Shown here one piece after another: positions 54,404 through 64,000 of a stretch of 64,000 nt of DNA. This stretch comes from Phoronis australis (lineage: Eukaryota > Animalia > Phoronida), in contig NMRA01000301.1 in assembly GCA_002633005.1 (NCBI GenBank), positions 310,001 to 374,000 of the forward strand, in the 5' to 3' direction. Every line of letters starts with the position of its first letter. The first letter of the stretch is position 1. The translations under genes and the position numbers were made by a program. Below the pieces are notes generated by a model. The model ran no database searches, had not been told where the DNA came from, and was given only the letters and a program-made list of their open reading frames with translations.

Positions 54404-54854
54404 GTGAGTATCGGAGAAATAATTGGAGTTGTGGATTTAGATCTCCTAAAAGAGGTGAGGAGAAGCATCTACCTCTGTGTAGTTAATCTATAAGTATACA
54501 TTTCAGGCAAAGAAATTTTGGAAGGGTATTAAGTCAAGAATGCAAGTCAATAAATATCTATAACAAGGTAGACGTCTCCCAATTAATGTATGAACATCTT
54601 CATACTGGCTGGTGCCAGCTTCTACTTTTGTCAGTGAAATGTACTGGAAGGTATTCTAGAAATAACACGTTTTTTTATTTCTTTAATTTTGTTTCTTTAA
54701 TTGAGACTCAGAATCAGGTTCAAAGTGCTGCGCCTACCACTTCAATATGTGTCTAGGGTAATTGTATGAAATGACGAAAAACTTACCACTGCATTCATGT
54801 ACAACTCAGTCTTATAGAGCTGAGAGAGCTTACAATGAAGCTGTGTCCCTACAG

Positions 54855-55050
54855 GTCTACATCACTCCAGAGCACAAGTTCAGCACACTAGCCGAGCTCA
54901 TTCACCATCATTCTTCCTTCGCGGACGGCCTCATCTACACTCTCTTGTATCCTGCGGCCAAGAAAAATAAACCCACAGTCTTTGGGATCTGTCCCGAACC
55001 AGACAAGTGGGAGATTGAAAGGACAGAGATCGCGATGAAACACAGGCTTG
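54855..55050 (+). CDS. ABL: ABL exon 4 (end of SH2, linker, start of kinase)
   Basis: [65 protein letters not shown]; AG/GT boundaries. Confidence 0.96.
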
Positions 55051-55273
55051 GTAAGATGGTACTTTATCACATGTACCAATATTGTCTGTTTTATAAATTA
55101 AACACAGGTTTGGCAAGATGGTACTTTATCACATGTACCAATATTCTCTGTTTTATAAATTAAACACAGGCTCGGCAAGACGGTAATTACCTGTGCTAAT
55201 ATTGTTTGTAGTTTTATAGATCTACAGGGTTGGCAACATAGTAGTCCATTATCTGTACCAATGTTGTTTTTAG
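55038..55273 (+). repeat. 62-bp tandem repeat spanning the ABL exon 4 donor
   Basis: aaacacagg(c/t)t(t/c)gg(t/c)aaga... starts at 55038, 55100 and 55162, with a degenerate fourth copy. Confidence 0.88.
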
Positions 55274-55755
55274 CAGCCGTCAGGCTCAAACAGACTTTGC
55301 CTTATTAATGCATATTTGAGATTATTGGTGGATGGGATAGATTTCTTGAAGTTATTAGCTTTGCCCAGGGGCCAAAATCTGATCTTTTCGACATTTTTCG
55401 TTCTACTTTTGTGCGAGTGCATGATAAATATCTTTTATCCTGCTCTCGAGTGCACTTATGGTTTATCCAAATGAGTTTCTGGTCCATGTTGTTATTTGGT
55501 GACCCCTGGATTTGAGCTCAAAACGGGTAAAATCTCGAGAGCTTTAATAATAACTTGGAATTTCGAGTACGACATGAATATTTAACCTATGTGATGGGGT
55601 CATTAAGTGCAAACTGTGATTGTACTCAAGCACAAAATAACAGGCACTCATTTTGAGTTCGCAAAAAAGTCAAATAGAAAATGAAAAAATAATGTCAAAT
55701 TCAATCTCGAGTAAAAGAATTTATAAAACAGCAAAATATGATGTGTTTTTGTGAT

Positions 55756-58360
55756 TTTTATGCGCCCACATATTTATACGTGGACGCATTATGACATCAT
55801 CTCTGTCTGGCGTCCAGCGTCCACTGCTCTGTCTCCAAAACCCTTTGATGTACATTCATAAAATTTTACACGTTTTTTTTCATGGATGGGACGGCATGGG
55901 CGAACTTTTAGATGGATCCGACTACCAGTGTGCCCCCTAGTGGCAATTTTATTTTTTACTTTTAGCTCTGTACCTTAAAATGTCCTCAACGTATTTTCAT
56001 AAAAATTTGGCACATAGGCATCTATTATTGAGGTGACGCTATCCTCCCATTTTCGGATAGATTCGACGTAGTTTGCACCACTTAGTGGCTATTTTTGCTG
56101 CTTTCAAGTCTGTTTTTTTTTGATGTCCACCCCTTTATCAACCAACTCCTCTAAGGATGATTGTAAAAATTGGCATATATATTCTTACTATAGACATAAT
56201 TCACGCCGACAGGAGGCGCGTTCCAAAACGAGGCTCGCTATGATAGCTCTGTTGGCTTATCGGCATACTGGTTGTATTCCACGCGTTGCTCGAACGGCTA
56301 GACATAATATAGACACTCAACTGTCTGTTTTACAATCCCTAAGGACGTTGAGATTCGGAAGCGTTGGGTAGTTGCCATACGCTGCGACGAAGGAAAATAT
56401 GTCCGTGTAAAATTTATAAATGTTTTCGAAAAGACATAGATCATATTTTGTTGCATCTCGGTTGCCGAGCATCATAGCAACGACCAGACAATCTTCGCCA
56501 GCCAGGCTGTGTTTTCATGACTATGGGTTTAAACATGATGCATTTTTCTTTATAAAAAGGACAGGGCCCACAATCCCTGGATTTTGGGGCCGAATATTGG
56601 CCCTGAATATTAGCCCTATTCCCCTCTCAAAAATGTTGAAAATCCCCCAACATTCCCCCCACGAGGCCTAAAAATTCCCCTAGTGATTGAAAAGTTCTCT
56701 CCGAAGTTCAAATCACCTGTAACAACACAGGTGAAAAAATTTGAAAGATCACAAAATGCTACTTGAGACAGAGCCTATGAGAGCTTGCAACAGGGCGGAT
56801 AATCGGGAGGTAGATTTTCCCCTGACTCCACTGGTGAAAAAATTCTCCTCTCAGAAGGCACAGGCACCTTTCCTCTCAGATGAACGAGGTCCCTGAAGAA
56901 ACATGATAACTATGCTTGCTCTGACCAGTTAACTGAAATTGAGCTCTAAAAAGAGGTTATGTTTTGGACGAACGAATTGGGTGTTTTAATTTTAAAATTC
57001 AACTTTATCTTGATTGATATTTGAAACCTAACTGACACATGAAATAGACGTAAGAATTATTAAAACCAAGAACGCAGAATTGATGGTCAAATAATTACTT
57101 GTGAATGTGTACAAGAGATATAATGCGAAAGCGATTTCTGGGGCTGTGCTCATTTTTATTTTTTGTTTCAAAATTGAGAAAATGGTCATATAATTTTTAT
57201 TTTCAATTATGAGCCTGGTTGTTTACTTTAATAAAAATATATCAACACCAGGTATTCTTTCAGATCAATAACAAATCAACTATTAGTCCCGGTAGTCCCT
57301 ACCTCACCGGTACCTTAGCTATGCTTGATGTTAATATTCTTGGTCAACAAACTAAACCAGATGTGACTGTATTGCACATGACAGCAAAATGCGATAAGCC
57401 ACCACTGACGAATATATCTTCAACTCGTCAACAATACAAGCATATGATCTGTTTAGCGTAGAAAACATTTTTATCAACAATTTACAAGAAGAAACGTAAT
57501 CAGCATAATGATCTAATCCGTAACACTATGGTTGCCGCAGTTTGGTCATTGTTCATGAAAAAAAAACTTATACCCTTTCGTCAGACAACTCTTTGGTGCA
57601 TTGACATGTTCTCTAATGTATTTTCCTTTGTCTCTGTGGTTAATTATCGACACATTTTTAAGATTTAATATCCAGGTTGGACTCGAAAGACGGGCCATTT
57701 AACTCAAGCCAACTTCCGCTTTATTTATCGTCGTGAGCCTCGCTTTGGATTTTAATGTCCGCCGCGTGAATTAGAGGATGGCTGACGATGATTTGTCGGT
57801 GATTTTGAGTACTGTGACGCCTTCTTCGAATTTCGAACGGATCTGACTACCGGTGTGCCCCCTAATGGCAATTTTAGTATTTTATATTTACCTCAGTGTC
57901 TTCAAAGGTCCTCAATGTATTTTCATAAAATTTGGCATATAGCCATCTATTAGTGAGAAGACACTCTCCTCTCGTTTTCGGTTGAATGCGACATAGTTTG
58001 CACCACCTAGTGTCCATTTTTTACTGTTTTCAAGTCTGTTTTTTGGTGTCCACCCCTCTATCAACCAATCCGCTCTAAGGATGATTGTGAAAACAGGCAT
58101 GTATCTTCTTTCTACAATGAGGACGGTTGACGATGAATTGCCGATAACTTTTACTACTGTGGTGCCTCCTAGTGGTGGTTTTGTTTTTTGCCCCCATGGC
58201 TGTATCTCCTAAACCATTAGCAGGATCTTTACTAAATTTAGCAATTGTATTTATATGATGTTGATTACGGATGACGTCAATTTTTGGACGGATCTGACTA
58301 CTGGTGTGCCCCCTTTTTGCAATTTTAGTTTTTTAGTTTGACCTCTATCTTCAAAGGTTC
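55756..58360 (+). mobile_element. Third HINE-like array copy, split by a nested insertion
   Basis: 5' hairpin tatgcgcccacatatttatacgtggacgcat and the same subunits at 55756-56196 and 57774-58360. Confidence 0.75.
56197..57773. mobile_element. Unclassified TIR element nested in the HINE-like copy
   Basis: TAATTCACGC...TCCAAAACGAGGCTC at the left end is mirrored by GAGCCTCGCTTTGGA...GCGTGAATTA at the right; the host repeat resumes immediately after. Confidence 0.75.
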
Positions 58361-58919
58361 GCATTTTGTATTTCAAGTGGCCAATACTTGCCATTGTTTG
58401 CCAGATATTTGCTGAATTCAAGGCTTGTGATTACTGGTTAAAAATGCTTGAAATACCATTTACTATTTATCTAGTTTAGTTAGCAGAGTGTTTGGGGGCC
58501 TGGTTGTTCCATGTTTGGATTTATGCAAGCGCTAATCGCAGCATATCACTTTTCTCACCGATAATGTCACTTCAATGCATGTGTTGGGCTTATGGTCCAC
58601 CCATGAAATTTTCAACCGTGGTTTTGTGTACTTATGCGCTACTTGTCGCTTACCCAGCTTTATGTAATGGATTCTTCCTTTAAAGGGCCGTCTCTCGACA
58701 CACATTTTATCTCTCAAAATCTGCATAAGCTGCTTACCACAGAATTAGTAACAGTTAGAGTTCCAAGATCACATTACATCAGTTGCTCCTACTCTTATTT
58801 TTGTGTCATTGTTACGAGCAAAGTTTTCATGATGAGCTGCCCCACGCCTTTCAGTTCTTGCTCAAGTCAACCCGTCTCATCGTTGAATTATACGATTGAT
58901 TAGAGTGCTCAATAATAAA

Positions 58920-59002
58920 GATGTCTAAACATGTCTATACAGGTTTATACATGTCTGTACATGTCTATGCATGTCTGTACTTGTCTATACATGTCTATAC
59001 AT
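58920..59002. repeat. 10-bp tandem repeat (catgtctata) x8
   Basis: Directly upstream of the ABL exon 5 acceptor. Confidence 0.85.
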
Positions 59003-59012
59003 TACTTATCAG

Positions 59013-59174
59013 GTGGGGGACAGTATGGCGATGTGTATGAGGGTCTGTGGAAACGCTACAATATCACAGTGGCGGTGAAGACACTGAAGGAAGACACAAT
59101 GGCGGTGAAGGACTTCCTGGAGGAGGCAGCCATTATGAAGGAGATGAAACATCCCAACCTTGTGCAATTATTGG
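59013..59174 (+). CDS. ABL: ABL exon 5 (P-loop, VAVK, alphaC)
   Basis: [54 protein letters not shown]. Confidence 0.97.
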
Positions 59175-59983
59175 GTAAGGTTGGCCATGGTATAGTATTA
59201 GTATTGTGGCAATATCAAAGTAATATTTTTTCTCTATTTAGGTGTGTGAATCTTTATTGACCCTGATATCTGTCTTCGGTGATTTTTGACGTCAAATACA
59301 GGGGTACTCAGGACACATCTTACTTGTGGTATCTTGTGTTCTCAACCATTTCCATCACTTTGCTGACCTGTAGCTTTGAAATTCTGATCATTCTGAAGAT
59401 GCTTTGAACTTTCATCCAATTTTTTGAAGATAAATAAATCCTCAAAATGTATAACATTTGAAAATCTGTACGTAGCTTTTGTTTAAATCTGTATCAGTTA
59501 GCAGCCCTTAATTATGCAAGGAAATTCTCTAAAGAAAGTTATTTGAATATGTAACTATCTAATGGAATAACGCTTGTTCAAGCATCGCTGCCTTGAGAAC
59601 ATCTTGCACTAGTGATTTTTAGCAATTTCAAACGTTAAATCGTTGTAAACGGACAAGTTACGTCAGTGTAATGTGATAATAAACAAATATTTTAGTTCCT
59701 TTTATCAATACTAATGATTTGATAACTTCAGTTTGGAAGTCTTGTATTTAATTGCTCAGTGACTGACAGCAACATGGTATGAAGATCTGTCATGATGTAA
59801 ATTGTTCACAAATTAACTGAACTTTTGTCAAATTACAAGCTGCGGCCTTGTCACCTTTTTTATTCAAAACTACTGTTGGCTAGTTTTTTTGAGCATCTAT
59901 TAGATGTAGTTAGTAGTTGGTGCTTTCAATGCTTTTGTGTGTATCTCTAACGTAGTATCATTATTTTGTTCTTACCTGCTCAG

Positions 59984-60161
59984 GTGTGTGTACGCGGGAA
60001 CCACCATTCTACATCATCACAGAGTTCATGAGTAAGGGTAACTTGCTGGACTACTTGCGTAACCACTCCCAGGAAGAGATGGGTCCCACTGTACTTATGC
60101 ATATGGCCACCCAGGTAGCAGCTGCTATGTCCTTCCTTGAGAGTCGCAACTTCATACATAG
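59984..60161 (+). CDS. ABL: ABL exon 6
   Basis: [60 protein letters not shown], gatekeeper Thr retained. Not captured in frame by the ORF track. Confidence 0.97.
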
Positions 60162-60969
60162 GTAAGTGGACAGGTGAATGCTATCTGTTCCCTTGTTCTC
60201 CGCTGTCTCATTTCACAGTAAAAACTGGTCACTCGAAATTCAGACATAGTTTTAGGTATGTCTGTTGTTGTCATTTCACTTTTTCTTTGTGTAAGTTATG
60301 TTTCATCTTGCTTAGATAAAGCATTTCAGTGTGAGTGGATCCAGTTTGGCCAATGGCCTGTAAGCACAGCAAAAGTTGTCCAACTGAGGACAGTGAAAAA
60401 TTCATTATTTTGTTCAAGGTCGGAGCTTGTTCCAAATTCCAGGGCCATCCCAAATTGAAGAATCACTGAAAAATTAACAAAATTACCCACTCTGTAGATT
60501 GAAAACAATTGTCCAAAATTTGGGAACTATGGTTAATGCCAAAATCATCCTCGTCCCAATTTCCAAAATCAAGGACATACAATTTTGCAGGAGATTCCAT
60601 GTCCCAAATTCTAGATACCTCAAATTTTAAAATTTTTACCATACTGTGGTCGAACCTTCAAATCTGATGTTAGGTGTCCACCAACACCACATCCTGGGAT
60701 CGTACCATGTGACTGAACCCAACAGTGTCATATGCTGGAGCCATAGTTGTCATAGCAGGACTCTAGAAACAATGTGGCCGGGATAAATGCCTGAACCGTT
60801 GGGTTAGAAACAAGTTCCTTTCAAGCAGAAAGTACAGACCAAAACAAGACAATGCACACATCAGGTGTATACTTTCCAGTGGAAGGTCTGTGCTTTGTAT
60901 TTCATGACCAATCCTGTAGCAGTCAACACTTCTTGGATAATCAAAGTGTGATTTTCTATGTTTTTCCAG

Positions 60970-61154
60970 AGACTTAGCAGCCCGGAACTGCCTGGTTGGA
61001 GACAACTTCCTGATCAAGGTGGCAGACTTTGGTCTGGCGCGGCTGATGAAGGATGAGACGTACACGGCCCATGCTGGGGCCAAGTTCCCAATCAAGTGGA
61101 CCAGTCCAGAGGGTTTAGCCTTTAATAAGTTCTCTAGCAAGTCAGATGTCTGGG
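60970..61154 (+). CDS. ABL: ABL exon 7 (catalytic and activation loops)
   Basis: [61 protein letters not shown]. Confidence 0.97.
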
Positions 61155-61910
61155 GTGAGTACAGAGAGGTGGTCATTGACAGGTTATACAGCAACACTGG
61201 TACACTAGGATTACGCTACATCAAACCCTACTTATAGCATTTGTTTGCCATTCCGGAAATCCGAATTTTTTTCTTAAATGTAAAACACCTTTTCTATGCT
61301 TTGTTTTTAATGAACACTGATGCAGTCAATGTCTGCGGGAACCAAATTCGGTGTCCCAGTGGGTATGTTCACCAACTTTACAGCAAATGAGCACATACGA
61401 ATCTAAAAATAGATCATGCGCAAACTCTTTGGTTTCATAGAGTGCCTTTGGTAGGTCGCGGGAGGTTCATTGTAATGAGGATGGTCTGTATATAGTAAAT
61501 TCTGTTAGACAGTCGTGTTGTGTGGGGTATGTTGATAAGGGCTTGCATTTGATAATTTCTTACTGTTTTATTTTCAAGTAGTCCTAAGTCCGGTCTTAAA
61601 CAAGTTTTTCTGTTTCAAGTTGGATGTGTGTGTAGTAAGCATGGGGTGATCAGTTCACCACTAAGTGTGATGTGTTGCTACGTTATGAGAAACTGGTAGA
61701 CAGTGGATATATCTTAATATGAAATGTGATGACATGAAACATGTGACATTCATCGATGCTAGGAAATGTTCTCAGATGCCAACTATTTATTGAGCCTGCT
61801 GTGCAACTTTTTGAATGGCTTAAGGAATGTTTGGCAAGTTTCCAATGTTGCAGTATAATTGTCTTCAGAAAGTTGAATTCATATTTTTTAACTCTTGAAT
61901 TTATTTCTAG

Positions 61911-62063
61911 CCTTTGGGGTGCTACTGTGGGAACTAGCCACATATGGCATGTCCCCCTATCCTGGAGTGGACTTGACAGACGTCTACCATCTCCTACAAA
62001 AGGGTTACCGCATGGAGCAGCCTTCTGGTTGTCCAACCAACGTGTTCCACCTCATGCTCAAAT
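61911..62063 (+). CDS. ABL: ABL exon 8 (gene continues beyond the window)
   Basis: [51 protein letters not shown]|GTaagt. Confidence 0.97.
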
Positions 62064-64000
62064 GTAAGTGTTCAGTGCGTCTTGGTAGGGTATATAGTAT
62101 GGAATGGGCTTGTAGAATGCCCCCTTTATAGAGTATAGACTTGTTCTGTGCCCCCTTTTCAGGAATGGCAGCGCTCGATTTGGCGATCTGGGAAATATCT
62201 CAAGTCGCCACAAAGTCACCGTCGTGAGTATCTAAGTCTGACAATAAACTCGTTTCAAAGTTTGTGTTGCAGACCTGTTTACCCTAACGGATTGACCGTA
62301 ATTTTTACTGAATGTGTGCCTTTTTACGGTATTACTGAAGGCTTAGTTTTTTACAGCTCCTGACTTTTTGTTTACTACTGTTTACTTATGACGGCCTTCG
62401 GCTTTAACCAAAGCTATTTGCGATACTCAGCTTGACTGACATCACGTGGGAAAATCTGGTTGGTTCCGTCAGTAAATGGACCAATCAAAGCGCAAGCTTC
62501 TCGATGTAACCGGGATCGTAATTCATTGTTTACGTGGGTTGACATATTGTTTTGATCGATTTAGGAAAACCTGTTATGAATTAAGTGATGAGCAAAAGGA
62601 GTTTGATGTAGTCAATGCCAGATGTAAAGAAAGCTAGAGTTGGACCGCATTGCCGCCACAAATACATGCAGATTTAAATACATGCAGATTTGGCGATGTT
62701 TTGGGCCATCAAAAGGCCCTTCCCCATACAGTTAACTACAATCGACAATGATCGAAGCTTCAAATTCTATAACCAATACCCGCGAGAGTATACCGGAAAG
62801 CTTTTCACCACTTGGTGATAAAGATATAAACTTAAAGAATGCGAGGAAAATTTTTGTCAGTATGTTAGTACTAATAAAATCTAATTCCCTGACACGTTTA
62901 GATAGCCGCAAACAGTCTTACCAGTTATATTTTGCCTCTTTTTACCTTCCACTAACAACAAGGAATTGAATCGTCTACCATCTTGTGAGCTCAGTTTTTT
63001 ACTTAATAACGTCATGTAGTGACCCGAACACCAGTCAGTGAGCCCAGTGAATGCTTTAATCCATGAGTTCACCCGTCCGGTAGGTTAAAAATTGCAAATG
63101 GCAGTGACAAGCAAAAAGTAAAAAGATGATACTTTCAGCAAATAAGTTCTTTCGAAGAGCTCGATTTCCGTACAATTATACTCGCCGTATTATTTATTAA
63201 GATAAATGCGTTCACGCGATTGCAATTTCAACATATCCGGGTTAATGTTTGAGGTGCAATGTGAGTATGATGTGTATGGCTTTTGTTGCTACACTTTCAC
63301 TGCACGGACATCCAATCGTTTTACTATTTAAGGGTTACAGACTGTGAATCCCGAAGTTACATGTAAGTGTGAGTGTTCACATCAGCTTCGGAGTGTTATA
63401 GTTCAGCAAATTTATTTTCACCTTTTGCAAATATAGACAATGCGCTCTCATCTGGGTGTGTTATACGAAACTTTCAGTGATTTTTATTATTTTTTATGGA
63501 AAGAATCTACAAATTAAAACAGTGCTTATGTTGCAAAAAATAATAAATATAAGAACAAATAACAACTATTTACTAGTTACCGCCTGCTGTTGACAAACAT
63601 AGTGACACCTGCCGATAACTCTGATTGCATTGATGTTGATGCTCTCGTTATACCGAAGTGTCAATGCTTTGCTGTTAAATCCACCTCTTCAGAGTTAACT
63701 AACACTGTTAACTTTGGTGAAAGACCGAAGTCAAATGTTCCCACTGACATCAGAAAATATGTTAATCTAAAGGGCTTTTCCAGAACAACTAGTATTAGGG
63801 GTCATTTTGATTTACTGGGAAACACTACATTCCTGCTATACGGAATACATAGGGGTAAATAGAACAAAATAAAACGGTTATCTATGGTGTACAAGGGCCC
63901 CAGCATGTGGACTAGTTACAACTCCAACCCCAGAATGCTATTCTGTCGGCTTAATGTCGGTTTGTACCACTTTATAAATTCAAGCATCTTTTATTATCTT

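Noticed and set aside
55367-55725. Diverged relative of the 14080-14481 Harbinger MITE
   Set aside because: Shares motifs (ctacttttgtgcga, ctcgag) but the termini and TSD could not be defined, so it is not called as a feature.
59226-59260. Acceptor-like ttttctctatttAG|gtgtgtg resembling the start of ABL exon 6
   Set aside because: Similarity is only 7 nt and the frame stops within a few codons; the true exon is at 59984.
62130-63890. Possible decayed DNA transposon in ABL intron 8
   Set aside because: CpG-richer sequence and weak inverted ends, but no recognisable transposase motif by eye.

Overview
Eukaryotic, AT-rich, intron-rich invertebrate animal DNA; no prokaryotic features, and most of the supplied ORF track is spurious. 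Three spliced genes can be read. (1) The 3' part of proteasome beta-2 subunit PSMB7 (+ strand, last three exons, stop at 4516-4518). (2) A complete NEK6/7 Ser/Thr kinase (- strand, 7 coding exons, 13239->8185, 304 aa), convergent with PSMB7. (3) An ABL tyrosine kinase (+ strand, ATG 25302; myristoylation exon, 25.85-kb first intron, SH3, SH2 and kinase exons through 62063), which runs out of the window. The linkage mirrors the vertebrate 9q33-34 / 1q25-31 MHC-paralogon neighbourhood. NEK and ABL may share a bidirectional promoter near 24.5-25.3 kb. Introns and intergenic DNA hold a decayed BEL/Pao LTR retrotransposon, several non-autonomous TIR elements, minisatellites and N-joined duplicated blocks that are probably two alleles assembled side by side. 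The most unusual structure is a Helentron-like (HINE/DINE-1-type) element, present three times in ABL introns. Its internal tandem array carries co-oriented CTCF-like motifs about every 140-160 bp in a ~440-bp trimeric higher-order repeat.
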